Numbered from the stretch's first letter, positions 26,568 to 38,936 are shown. The stretch is DNA of 64,000 nt from Heterodontus francisci (GCF_036365525.1 NC_090379.1:93109206-93173205); one strand, 5' to 3'. Notes: generated by a model not told the origin, from the sequence alone. Numbers and translations: made by a program.

Positions 26568-27999
26568 ATGTTAAGAGCATCAACCAAGTCAACGCAAAGA
26601 GTAACTTCATCCTCATGATGTTCCATCACATCCATTGTCAAGTAAAGCCACTGACTTATTTACTGTCAGAGGTGACGACTTCTTACAGATTCCCGACTAC
26701 TTCTCTAAATTTCCTGTCATTCGCTTACTGAGGGATACATCAAGCACATCAGTAGCAAACATGATGAGTGCAGCTTTTAGGCTTCTTGGTTCCCTGGAGG
26801 CCATAGTGTCAGATAACTGCCCACAGTACACCGGTAAGCCATGCGCACAAAGTGGGCTGTAAATCACATTACGTCATCTCCACACTATCCATGGTCAAAT
26901 GGACTAACAGAAAGGATGGTGTGGATGGTAAAGTCACTAATCTTGAAATGTAAGCAGACTACTCAAGACATTAAAATATGAGGGTTGCACCTCTGAGCAA
27001 CACCACTAGATACAGGATTACCATCCCCGGCAGAGATCATGTTCGGAAGGCAAGTCAGGACAACTCTTCCGAGTCATCGTTTGTCAGTCAGTCCAAGACA
27101 AATTATTGGCGAGACAAGAGAAAATGAAAATCACACATGACAAACACGCAGGTGCGGAGTTACCTCCTCTACAGATTGGACAGAAGGTTAGAGTGATCCA
27201 CCCGTAAGGAAGACATGGTTCCCTGCGGAAGTGTTCAAGATCTGTAATGATCCATGGTCATACGAGGTAACCACACCGACTGGAGCGACATTGAGGAGGA
27301 ATAGATGTCAGCTGAGTCATCCAACAGCATCATACCTAACACTCCTGTAACATTAAGAACATGTTCACATTCAAGTTCTGACAGTGAAGTCAAGAAAAAT
27401 GACATGTACAACACTCAAGTACAAGATAATTGTCAGTCTAGACCTATGAGTCAAGAGAAAAGAATTGACAATTCCAGATCTCAGCAATGTTTCACTGTAA
27501 CCGATCAGGTTGAGTCGGCAGACCAACTGTACGTTTCAGAGACACTTGAGTAATTAATGTGAGAGTCCATACATGTGTAAATCTTGTTCACAATTATTCT
27601 ATTTCATTATGCACATAGCTTATAACTTATGTAATTTTCTATTTAAGAGGGATGTTGTGATATTGTTTTAACTGCCTGAAAGCTAGTTAACATACTAATG
27701 AATATGCAAATAGTTTAGTACATATAATTACAGGAAGTGATGCGAGCTAACGTGTGAGACAGTAGTCGGAGAAGTGTTAGTTAACAGGTAGCACGTGTAT
27801 TCAAGAGGTCTCCTGTAATTCTCTAATAAAGAACCCTTCGTTCAACTTACCAAGCATCCTTACAGTGTTTGGTACGTTTGTGTTAGAAACCAATAACGCA
27901 ACAAGTTGTGAGCCCATTTTATATCTCTCCCTATTTTTATTTCCTTTCAAGTCAGTGCCCTCATATTGGTCTGCACTGTTCCTTGTACCATGGAATTAC

Positions 28000-28715
28000 A
28001 CCATCCTCCTTCAACACCTTTCCAATGTCATCCAGCTGGTGGGACTGCCCTTGCCTGCTTCCATTCTTCTCTATCTAATCGTAGCCAGAGAATGACCTGC
28101 AATGCCTCCTCTTCCCACTCCCGCACTATTACCTGTAATATCCCCCAAGCAACGTTCCCTTTAATGTCCCTTTGCTGTGTGCAGCCAGTTTTTTGGACTG
28201 TGTGGTCCCTTTAAGATTGCCACATGGCCACACATGCGCACATCTTAAAGGGACCACTGATTGTGCGTATGCTGTTAGGCCCCTGTGTGGCACGTTCCTG
28301 ATTGCTAAGTACCCGTCAAAGCTTAAAGCAAATGTTACCCCCAAGGATCTATCTTTTGTCCCCTCCTCTTTATCATCTAAATGCTGCCCTGGCATCATCA
28401 TCCAAAAATGCGCCAGGCACCACCTGCATACTGACGGCACACAGCTTTACCTCACTAAATCTCTCAACCCCTCGACTGCCTCTGATTTGTCATGCTGCTT
28501 CTCCGGTTTCCAGTCCCATACAAACTCTGTTCCTTAACCACTGACGCCATCCCTGTTCCTGGTAACTGTCAGAGGCTGAACCAGTCTGTTTGCAACCTTG
28601 ACTGTGAAATGAGCTTCTGACCACATATCTGCTCCATCACCAAGACTGCCTATTTCCACCTGTTACATTGCCCCTCTCTGCTCTGCCTCAGCTCATCTGC
28701 TGTTGAAATCCTCCT
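28000..28715 (+). mobile_element. Decayed L2 LINE fragment interrupted by a hAT MITE
   Basis: Similar to 17090-17690 (caccatcctcctt.aaca, ccccaaggatctatc, gcctcagctcatctgctg). Confidence 0.7.
28150..28337. mobile_element. hAT-type MITE
   Basis: Perfect 8-bp TSD CCCCCAAG (28142-28149, 28338-28345); left end CAACGTTCCCTTTAA matches CAATGTTCCCTCTAA at 61764. Confidence 0.8.
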
Positions 28716-28717
28716 GT

Positions 28718-28870
28718 CATAGAGTCATAGAGTTACACAGCACAGAAACAGGCCCTTCGGCCCATTGTGTCCGTGCCAGCCATCAAGTACCTATCTATTC
28801 TTATCCCATTTTCCAGCACTTGGCCTGTAGCCTTGTATGCTATGGCATTTCAAGTGCTCATCGAAATACT
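28718..28870 (-). mobile_element. CR1 3' tail
   Basis: 'catagagtcatagag..cagcacagaaacaggcccttcggccca' is the reverse complement of the CR1 tail and hairpin. Confidence 0.8.
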
Positions 28871-29459
28871 TCTCCAGAAATAATGATAGTGGATGAACAG
28901 AAATCTGACTTTCAGGGACCCTCTAGGATTGCCTCATGGGCTCTAGTTTGAAAAGAATGATCTAAACCGAGCTGCCAATATTAGATAGCAAAAAAGGAGT
29001 ATAAATATAGCTTTGGTAACCATAGATTTGAGCCTGACATTTTGTAGCAAGTAATACAGTAGATGGCATCTTGAGAGAGAGAGAGAGAGATTAACAAACA
29101 TGCACACAGGAGATTTGTCCACAGTTAGAAGTTCTGGATCGATGGCAGCTTCTCTAGTTGGTCCAAAATTGGCTAAATTAGAGAAAGTAAAGAATAATTG
29201 TACATGGAACTGCACTGACAGAGTTAACTCTTGAGTCATTGCTGTGGCCAATGCTGATTAACAATGATTTGGAAGTGGGAACAAAAAGAAAGTTGTTGAA
29301 ATTCCCTGATAACTAAACTGGGTAACCGGGTGGTGAGAGAGGTTGAATATAATAGAGAACAGGCTGACAAAATATAGCTTAATTAGATTGTGGAATTGGG
29401 TTAACATGTGGGAAATGGTATTCACTGTGGAGAAATGCAGAGTGATGAGATTGAAGATT

Positions 29460-29835
29460 GAGATTCGCCAGGATATTGCCTGGGCTGGAGCATTTCAGCT
29501 ATGAAGAGAGACTGGATAGGCTTGGGTTGTTTTCCTTAGAGCAGAGAAGGCTGAGGGGGGACCTGATTGAGGTGTACAAAATTATGAGGGGCATTACCTC
29601 TAGACTATACTATTCCAATGCTCTCCTGGCCGGCCTCCCATCTTCCACCCTCCGTAAACATGAGCTCATCCAAAACACTGCTGTACATATCCTAACATGC
29701 ACCAAGTTCTATTCATTCATCACCCCTGTGCTGACTGACTCACATTGGTTCCAGTCCGGAATGCCTTGATTTTAAAATGTGGCTCGGTGTCATATTTTGT
29801 TTTATAGTGCTCCTGTGAAGCACTTTGGGATGTTT
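29460..29835 (+). mobile_element. CR1 fragment (29460-29592) fused to an L2 fragment (29593-29835)
   Basis: [18 protein letters not shown]...EVYKIMRG (CR1) continues into ITSRLYYSNALLAGLP...LIQNTAVHILT (L2). Confidence 0.75.
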
Positions 29836-30519
29836 AATTAAATTACTTGTACAAGGCCCTGACATTGGTCTGCGCAGTTCCTTTTATTCAGTGTGCAGTG
29901 GGTTATTGAGCTCTATGGTCTGTAGAGGGAGCTCTAACAGAAGAAGAGGGAACATAGGGCTTCAAGACTGAAAATCACCAGAAAACAGAGTAATGAATCT
30001 GACTTTTTATTTATTCAAATTGAGATTCCCAAAATAGCAGGCCATAAAGTTCCATCTAATTTAAGAGGTTCTTTCTCTTTATATTTGTTTATCTTAAGTA
30101 CTGGCTATCACTTTTAGCTGAATTACTTTGATTCAGTCAGTCATGCGGCAGTATTCTGTCTCTGGGGTGAGCAATGGAGCAGCTAAAGATGCAGTAAACA
30201 GAATGGGAAATGAGATAGCAGCAAACTTTCCTTTGATGAATATATATCTCTGGGTAAATAATAGCCGCTGGCAGAAAATGAAGACACAGAGTGTCAAAGA
30301 ATGGAATCCGGTCCTTCTCTCTATCCAAAGAAAAACAGTGATAGAACATTTCTTCACAGGAATTGGAAGCACAGGTGGAGGGGTTAACAGCTATTTTAGG
30401 TTATAGGGTCCTTTAGCCATAGACAACTGGGTTACAGACCTAACAATTATCTGTTCACATGGATGGAAAAGACTTAGCAGCCGATGAATTATTTTGAACA
30501 CTGGGATTTTGTGATGTCC

Positions 30520-30715
30520 CTCCTTTATGGAAATAGTGCCGTGGGATCTTTTGCATCCACCTGAGAGGGGAGAGAGGACCATAGTTTAGGTCTCTTCTGA
30601 TTGATGCTGCCTTCAGCGATGCAGCATTCCCTCAGTACTACTCGGGAATATGTGCTCAAATCTCTGGAGTGGGAATGGAACCTATAGCTTTCTGGCTGTG
30701 AGCCAACACTGACTT
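30520..30715 (-). mobile_element. DeuSINE 5' part
   Basis: 'aatagtgccgtgggatcttttgcatccacctgagagg' and 'gcagcattccctcagtact' are reverse complements of the Deu domain. Confidence 0.65.
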
Positions 30716-31093
30716 AATATAGCACTAGCCATTGTGAAGCCTGACAGTAGTGACTGGGACAGCAAACAGTGATGCTGTAAATAAAGCATTTTCATTTTGA
30801 ACGCCGTTCCAGATTAATTTACATGAATATCCTGCTTGTATGGTTTTACGCTGTCACTTGCCCCGGCACCATCTCTTGCTGTGGTTCAGTGGTAATACTG
30901 CTGAGTATTACCTGCCCCTGAGTCTGGAAGGTGTTGTATGATTGTGTTAAGAGTGGTGTCCCTTTAAGATCTCAGTATGCTAATGAGCTAAGTACCAGGA
31001 TGTAGTTACGTGACTCGAAGCCAGGGTCACTCTGCAACTGTGAACACCTAAAAGAAGGTTCTGTGAAGAGTTTGCTCTGTACTGTATATAATA

Positions 31094-34000
31094 CCACACC
31101 ATATTGCCTGGACTACGATTGTTGGTATACCAGCTATGGATAAATAGCAAGGGAAGAAGGGTCCCTTCAAGCCTTAGTTGGCAACCCACCTAGGAGAGGG
31201 AAACTCTGAATCCAAACCTGAGCTTGGAGACCTCGCTGCCATTGTCCCAGTTCACTGGGCCATGACATATGAGTTCCAGGCTTAAAGGGTGGGATCAGTC
31301 AGTGCAAACTGTACTCCACCTTAAAGCACCACTGCTTTAAGGAAATCCATCCAAGCCAACTATAACTCAACAAGTAAGTCCGGTAGCAATGGGAAAGTGG
31401 CGAAAACGGCAGGCAGCCCAGGATATAGTTTGTTTTGATGATGACCGAGAGACAACATCATCACCCAGCAGCACCCTGAGCAACCAAGCAGCCTTTTTGA
31501 AGAACAGCACTGTTTGCTCCGAAATTGGAGACGGGCCTAGAAAAGGTGGCCTAAACAAATACTTGTCTCCCTACCACCCAGTTGGCTTGCTGCGGTCGAC
31601 GGGCATCTTTTAATGCAGTCAAACTACAACAGAGAAAGAAACGAAAAATCCTACGCTTGCTTCAAAAGGTGGGAAAAGAAGAAAAATTCTGAAATTCGCC
31701 TGCTGGAACATGAGAACAATGCTCGACTCTGGTGATAACAGCCGCCCCCAACGATGCTCAACTCTGGTTGTCCATGAGACTAGACATTGATATAGCGGCC
31801 CTGAGTGAGGTCTGCTTCTCAGAGCGAGACAGCCTAACAGAACACAACGCTTGGTACACCCTCTATTGGTCAGGTAGACCTCAAGGTGAACAATGCCTCT
31901 TCTGTGTCGGCTTCATGGTGAAGAAGAGTATCGCCACTAAACTTTCAATTCTGCCAATCAGCCATTCGGAACGCATCATGTCCCTGCGCCTGCTCCTCCA
32001 AGACCAGCAGCATGCAACCCTCATCCGTGTTTATGCTCCAACCCTGAAGGTGAACCCAGCTGACAAAGAGAAGTTCTACACAGATCTCCATGCACTCATC
32101 CAGACTGCCCCTCCCAAGGACAAAATTGTCATCCTTGACAATTTCAACACCAGAGTGGTCCGTGACAGCCTGGCATGGAAGAGGGTGCTCGGAAACCATG
32201 GAGTTAGAAACTGTAATGAAAATGAACGTTTATTGTTGGAACTCTGCAGAAAAGCAGCTGTCCATAACCAACACCTTCTTTCAACAAAATGCTCACTTAA
32301 AGACCACATGGATGCATCCCCGTTCTAAACACCGGCACCTGATAGATTACATCTTGGTGTGCCAGTGTGACCTAAAGGACGTCCTGCATACTACAGTCAT
32401 GCCCAGTGCTGACTATCATACAGACCACCGGCTCGTTCGTTCAAAGCTAAACTTCCACTTCAAGCCTAAGCCCAAGAACAGGCCTAGAGACAAACCATCA
32501 AAGGAATTTTGAGTCAGCAACCTGCAAACCTCATCTTGCAGTGATAGATATTAAGCAACCTTACAGACTAGACTGGAACATCCTGATCTCACTGCTGATT
32601 CCACTCCAGAAGAACTCTGGGAATACATCAAAGCTACAGTACTGGATACTTCCAATGAGGTCATCGACCCAGCACCAAGAAAAATAGGGACTGGTTTGAT
32701 GAAAAGGAAATTCACGATCTCATCGGGCTCACCTGGCTCAGCCGGTCATCCAAGGAAAAAAGAACATCCAAAATAACTGGTGGATCGCACTTGCGGAAAA
32801 AACCCAACTGTATGCTGATACTGGCGACATGAGAAGCTTCTATGAGCACTAAGTCTGTCTATGGACCAGCATATCAAACCCAAAACCCCCTGAGGAGCGC
32901 CGATGGCAAGACCCTACTCACCAACAAGGAGTCAGTCCTGGATCGCTGGTCGGAGCACTTTGAAACTCTCTTCAGTGCCAAGTGCACAGTGCATGATACT
33001 GCCATCAATCGCATCCAACAACAGCCTGTCAAAGAAGAACTGAATGAGAGCCCAACTCTTGAGGAAACTGTGACCCCCATCAACCAGATGAAGAGCAACA
33101 AAGCCCCCGGAGTTGATGGAATTCCACCCGAAGCCTTTAAGCATGGAGGCCTTGCCCTATACACCAGGCTCCATGAGTTTTCACGGCCTGCTTGGAACAG
33201 GGCAGGATTCCACGGGATCTTTGTGATGCTGTTATCATCACCTCGTACAAAAACCAAAGTAGAAAAATCAGAGTGCTCCAACTACCGTGGGATCATCCTC
33301 CTTTCTATTGTTGGGAAGATCCTGGCTAGAATACTTCTGAACAAGCTTATGCCTACCATTGTGGAAGAAAACATCCCAGAGAGCCGACCATCAAGCACCT
33401 ATCTATTCTAATCCCATTTTCCAGCACATGGCTCGTAGCCTTGTATGCTATGGCGTTTCATCTAAATACTTCTTATATGTTGTGAGGGTTCCTGCCTCTA
33501 CCACCCCAGATTCCAACCACCCTCTGGGTGAAATTTTTTTTCCTCAAATCCCCTCTAAACCTTCTGCCCCTTACCTTAAATCTATGCCCCCTGGTTATTC
33601 TGCTAAGGGAAAAAGTTTCTTATCTACACTATCAATGCCCTTCATAATTTTGTATACCTCAACCAGATTCCCCCCTCAGCCTTCTCTGCTGTAAGGAAAA
33701 CAACCCTAGCTTATCCAGTCTCTCTTCATAGCTGAAATGCTCCAGCCCAGGCAACATCCTGGTGAATCTCCTCTGCACCCTCTCCAGTGCAATCACATCC
33801 TTCCTATAGTGTGGTGCCCAGAACTGTATACAGTACTCCAGCTGTGGCCTAACTAGTGTTTTATACAGTTCCATCATAACCTCCCTGTTCTTATATTCTA
33901 TATCTCAGCTAATAAAGACCAATATCCCATATGCCTTCCTAACCACCTTATCTAGCTGTGCTGATACCTTCAGTGATCTATGGATAAGTACACCAAGGTC

Positions 34001-35176
34001 CCTCTGTACTTCCTAGGGTCCTACCACCCATTGTATAGTCCCTTGCCTTGTTAGTCCTCCCAAAATGCATCACCTCACACTTTTCAGGATTAAATTTCAT
34101 TTGCCACTGCTCTGCCCATCTTACCAGTCAATCTATATCGTCCAGTAATCTAAGGCTTTCCTCTTCACTATTTATGACACCACCACTTACTGATCGTACC
34201 TCCTATATTCAGGTGTAAATCATTAATGTACACTACGAACAGCATGGGTCCCAGCACCGATCCCTGGATCCCATGGCTCTTACCTTCTTAACCAATCTCC
34301 CATGTGGGATCTTATCAAAAGCCTTACTGAAGTCCATGTAGACTACATCAACTGCGTTACCCTCATCTACACATTTAGTCACCTCCTCGAAAAATTCAGT
34401 CAAGTTTGTTAGACATGATCTCCCCCTGACAAAGCCATGCTGACTATCCTTGATGAATCCCTGTCTCTCCAAGTGGAGATTAATCCTGTCCCTCAAAATT
34501 TTTTCCAATAGTTTCCCTACCACTGATGTTAGACTCACTGGCCTGTAATTACTTGTTTATCCCTGCTACTCTTCTTGAATAATGGTACCACATTCGCTGT
34601 CCTCCAGTCCTCTGGTACCTCTCCTGTGGCCAGAGAGGATTTGAAAATTTGTGTCAGAGCCCCTACTATCACCTCCCTTGCCTCACATAACAGCCTGGGA
34701 TACATCTCATCTGGGCCTGGGGATGTATCCACTTCTAAGCCCGCTAAAAAGGCTAATACCTCCTCCCATTCAATGCCAATTTGTTCAAGTATTTCACAAT
34801 CCCCCCCCCCCCCCTGATCTCTACACCTACATCGTCCTTCTCCATAGTGAACACAGATGACAAGTAATCATTTAAGTCCCTCTCTGTGTGCCACATTGAC
34901 CATCGCCAGTGGGAAGCGCAGGCCATAGATTGTGATGCCTGGAGATGCTGCATCAGGAGGGCTACAGACACCTTTGACACTGAGTGAAGAACCAGCATAA
35001 AAGAGAAAAGGAGGACAGATCCAATTGCCCCCAGCGGCAACTACACCTTCACTTGTACCCGCTATGGGAAAATCTGCCGGTCATGGATAGGCCTGACTAA
35101 CCACCAGCGGGCCTGCAACCGATGACTACAACCTTCCCAAAATCTTCATCCGCGAAGAAATACCGAGAAGAAGAAG
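31094..35176 (+). mobile_element. RTE-clade LINE with long 5' UTR and 3' end; RT core replaced by a CR1
   Basis: 13-bp TSD ACTGTATATAATA (31081-31093, 35177-35189); (GAA)n tail; APE endonuclease FACWNMRTM, DIAALSEV, TLIRVYAPT, TTWMHPRSKHRHLIDYIL; KAPGVDGIPPE, NYRGIILLSIVGKILA; C-terminal FTCTRYGKICRSWIGLTNHQRAC. Confidence 0.93.
33385..34875 (-). mobile_element. CR1 LINE fragment inside the RTE
   Basis: [79 protein letters not shown]. Confidence 0.92.
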
Positions 35177-37119
35177 ACTGTATATAATAGTTTAGCTGTT
35201 AATAAACCTGTTAGAGATCTTCAGTAAACTGGACTCCACACATCTCATTTATGTTACCTAAGACAACACAAAGAACTCATTACAGAAGGTTGTGGGTTTG
35301 AGTCCATTGATCTAAGCTGACTTACCAGTGCTGTACTGGGGATGTGCCGCACTGTCAGCAGTGCTGTCTTTCAGTTAAGATGTTAAACTGAGGCCCCGTT
35401 TGCCCTCTCAGATGGACGTAAAAGATCCAATGGCACTATTTCAAAAAACAGCAAGGAAGTTCTGATGTCCTGAACAACCTTCATCCCTCAACCAACACTT
35501 AAAAACAGATTATCTGCTCAATTATTTCATTGCTGCTTGTGGGATCTTGCTGTGCTCAAATTGGCTGCCGCATTTCCCACATTACAATAGTGACTACACT
35601 TCACAAGTTCTTTGGTAACTGCAAAGTGCTTTGGAATGCCCTGAGGTCCTGAAAGGCGCTATATAAATTAAAATATTTTCTTTCTATTGTCCTAGGCAAC
35701 ATATTCCCAGGATTCTGCTGTTGCTGTGGATACCTGAGGGATAGGAGACTGTCAATCACTGACTCTCAGCACCATCCACCACCCCCCAGATTTCCCAACC
35801 TCACTGTGGGAAGCTTTTGTCCTGCAGCTTGACAATTCCCACCACACATCCCAGAGTAGACCAAGAATAGGAGTGTATCGTTCTTTCTTAAACAATGTTT
35901 ACTTAAATAAATAAAATAAATCATGTGAAAACTGTCTAGTTCATTATCAAACTAAGCCTTACCTGTTGATATAATGACGGGCTACATGAGCAATATAGTC
36001 AGAAGGTAGCTATGACTAAAAACTTGCATTTTGCAAGACAGGATTCTGAATGTTTAAGGCACAGACTATCTATTTCCTGAATATTAATTGAATCTAAACT
36101 CAGTTGCTGAATGGAGAGGAATCCCTGAAGTATTTCCCATCTGGGAAATTGTGGGCTTAACGAAAGAATCTGGTAGTGCTGTGATGCTCTTCATGGTCAA
36201 AAGGCCTGCAGACACTCACCACCTCCATTTGAATGATGGTCACTTGGGTGAAGTCTGTAGGACTCAATCCCATCATGGGCCAGGGAGGATACTTGGAGGA
36301 AATAAAAGCAGAACATCTAAACCACTCTAGAGGCCTGAATATTTCTCTTTGCACGCACAGAACTAGTTCAGCACTTCCACACTGCCAGCAGAGGGCATTG
36401 CTCACAGAGAACGCACTGTGGGGAACAGCGGGTGTACTGTCTCTGACTTTCTATTCATTAAAAGAAATAGATGGACTGGGCATTCGTGGTGCCTGCTTGC
36501 TCCATTCTGCACTGCAGATTCAACCCTTAGTGAGCAGTCAAAAGCTGTTGCTTTCTAGAGTCAAAGGTACTGGAAATTGCCCAGAAATATTGTATGGAAG
36601 TAATTTGCTCAGGGCAAGGGGTGACTATTAATGCAGTCAGAAGGTCTCGAGAAAAATCCTGGCTATAAAGCTGGGAAGACATGTTTCCACGGTAACCACA
36701 CTTGGCTTCTAGAGGGTCAGATAACATGCAGCAGCTGCGCTGCCAATAAGCTTTGATTGAGGTGCTGGTACTAGCTCTGAGTATGGAGAAGCCATGACTG
36801 TGAAGATCATCAATAAATTCAAACATTTAGGGAGAGATTTACTGCTTCGGTGGTCCTGGCACATGAAGATTGGCTAGTGGACGAGGTGCCAGAGGACTGC
36901 TGGTTCCAGTGGGCTCATACACCAGCAAGAGTCAGCACGTTCAACATGGGAGAAAACCACAATTGAGATTCAAAGGCCAAGAAATTAGTTTGCACCAGCA
37001 AGGAGCGTTCCCTGAGCCAGAACAGGAAGGCCCAAGACTTGCCCAATAATGATGCTTGGGCCTACTCTCATTTACATTCGACAGGCCAGCTCAGTTGGTG
37101 TTTCAATTTCAATTTTGGG

Positions 37120-38802
37120 TAGGACTGCCAACTCTGATTGGAGACATGACTAGAGGTTTGATCAAGTGATGTTCTGATCACATGACATCTGTGCATGTAA
37201 TGTCTGATTGTGCAATGTCTGATCATGGGACACCTTATCGTGTGACTTCTACAAATATTATTGCATTCACCTTATAACAGTTGAGCCTGCTGTGTAGTTG
37301 AATATTTGTGCTCGTGGGTTGTGTGAGAAGTTCCTCGAACCAGGAGGCAGAGGAAGAGGGGATACCAAAGGTGGAGGAGTGATTTGCAGAGGGGAAAACA
37401 GAGGTGGGAGAAACTTTGATTCCACCAGTAACTAATGGTAACTCATTGAAATCGCATCAATAACTAACAGCTGGTAATACTCAGAAATTGCATCAATAAC
37501 TGGTAACACTCAGATTCTGCTCATAACCAACAGTAACACAATAACTCAAGGCTAGTCTATATGTAGCTGGTAGTAATAGGTGAAATGCTCCAATATCCTC
37601 CCTATAACTAGTAGTATTATATAACCCACTGATCTTTACTCTGAAACCACGGTCTGAATCCACTGCACTGCACACAGTTTGATTAACCTCCCCAGTTGAT
37701 GTCACCTTTAATAATCCATCTTTCTCCCTGTCTCCTTGGACTCTGGTTCCATTTGAAGGTGACAACTCTGAACTGGGAGCCTCAGTCACAGCTGATCTGC
37801 ACTTGGACTTCACACGTCAAAACCAACCAGATGGCACAGACCAACCTGAACCAAACAGAGATTACACAAAAGGCAGTGGGCCCGATGTTTGGGGCACTTC
37901 TCACAGGATCGTTCTAAATTCAGCACAGCACCAACATTTCTAAACTACTCCCTGGCTTCAGACTGAATAAAAGAGAGTTTACATAGAATTATAGAAATTA
38001 CAGCACAGGAGGGGGCCATTCGGCCACAGAGCTGGTGCTGGCTCTTGTGACTACATTTTCCCCACAAAGACGCTCTTATAGTCCTCCTTTTCAAATATTT
38101 ATCCTGCTTCCCCTTTAAATTAAGTTTTAAACTCAAACTCAATGGCCCTGTGTGCTGAAGGATCCCATGGGCTAGTGGCCCTCATTACAAGAACCTTCCT
38201 CCTCCCTTCCCGCTTGGCTCCTTCACTGAGAATCCTTTGTTTCCATTCCCCTCCAGTGGAAACAATCTTTCACTATTGACCCACAGTAAGGTAACCAGGT
38301 TTCACTCACCCCACTACTGACTGCTCCCCTCTCAGTGCCGCTCCCACTCACCACCTTGCTGCTGCTTCTGCAGTAGATGCAGGTCCCGACCTTCAACTCC
38401 ACCCCATTCTCCTCCCGGCTTGAGCCCTAATTCCCCTGACCTCAAGCTCATTCCTCCCCTGACCTCCCATCCCCTCATCTCCATTCTGTCTCCATCTCTC
38501 TCTCCCCGAGCCCCCATTCCCCAATACCGCATGCCCCTCAACATTTGAGCTCCCCATTCCTCGATTCCAGACTCTGTAGCTCACTGCTGACTACACCTCA
38601 GCTGGATCGTCTCTCTGCAGTGATGGTCGCGTGATATCATCAAGCCCCAGTCTTCTCTGAGCAACAGCTCGTAACATCATGGAGCATGGAGGGGAGCGGG
38701 AAAACTGAGGCAGCACATTTAAAGTGCTTAAAGGCCACACTCGGGAGAGGAATCTCCAAATTCTGGAGACTCCCGATAAAAATGGGAGGGTTGGAAACCC
38801 AA
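37120..38802. mobile_element. Probable non-autonomous hAT element (TAGGGTTGCCAAC-type TIRs)
   Basis: Imperfect TIRs TAGGACTGCCAACTCT / AGGGTTGGAAACCCAA; subterminal degenerate 'tgatca..tga' repeats at 37155-37245; 8-bp flanks match only partly (ATTTTGGG/ATTTCAGC). No transposase recognised. Confidence 0.5.
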
Positions 38803-38866
38803 ATTTCAGCCTGCTGCATTGTCGACAGTGGCCCTCAGGTCATTGACCTGAAACATTAGCTTATGG

Positions 38867-38936
38867 GCCTGGACGGCTCAGTTGGTAGAGCATCTGACTT
38901 TTAATCTGAGAGTGCAGGGTTCAGCCTGTTTGGGAA
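38867..38936 (+). tRNA. tRNA-Lys(UUU)-derived pseudogene
   Basis: GCCTGGACGGCTCAGTTGGTAGAGCATCTGACTTTTAATCTGAGAGTGCAGGGTTCAG-CCTGTTTGGG aligns with vertebrate tRNA-Lys(TTT). T-loop deletion and stem mismatches indicate it is non-functional. Confidence 0.85.

Larger units (their letters stand above)
20600..27903 (+). mobile_element. Gypsy/Ty3 (Mag-like) LTR retrotransposon, both LTRs present, decayed, with nested insertions
   Basis: 5-bp TSD AGTTG (20595-20599, 27904-27908); LTRs 20600-21240 and 27653-27903; PBS TGGTGGCAGC at 21241; PPT AAGAGGGA at 27645-27652; gag WTMLEDQLRVKVNFRI; RT IRVCLDPRRLN / FFLKLDTKQGYW; RNaseH VVTDHKLL; integrase LHQGHMG, ATDLF, IVSDNCPQY, SNGLTERMV. Confidence 0.95.
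30932..35284 (+). mobile_element. Gypsy solo LTR of the same family as the Myc-bearing element, split by an RTE
   Basis: TGTTG...TTACA termini; perfect 5-bp TSD GAAGG (30927-30931, 35285-35289); LTR sequence at 30932-31093 and 35190-35284. Confidence 0.88.
30868..35684 (+). mobile_element. DeuSINE (SacSINE1-like) split into 30868-30931 and 35285-35684 by nested insertions
   Basis: tRNA-like head 'gtggttcagtggta...ctgagtctggaagg|ttgtgggtttgagtcc', Deu domain 'gatggacgtaaaagatccaatggcactatttc', tail 'aaggcgctatataaat'. Confidence 0.8.

Noticed and set aside
30128-30406. Possible host exon in unique-looking sequence
   Set aside because: Short ORFs on both strands, no recognisable homology and no convincing splice sites.
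38867-38936. Functional tRNA-Lys gene
   Set aside because: T-arm deletion disrupts the B box, and the acceptor and anticodon stems have mismatches.
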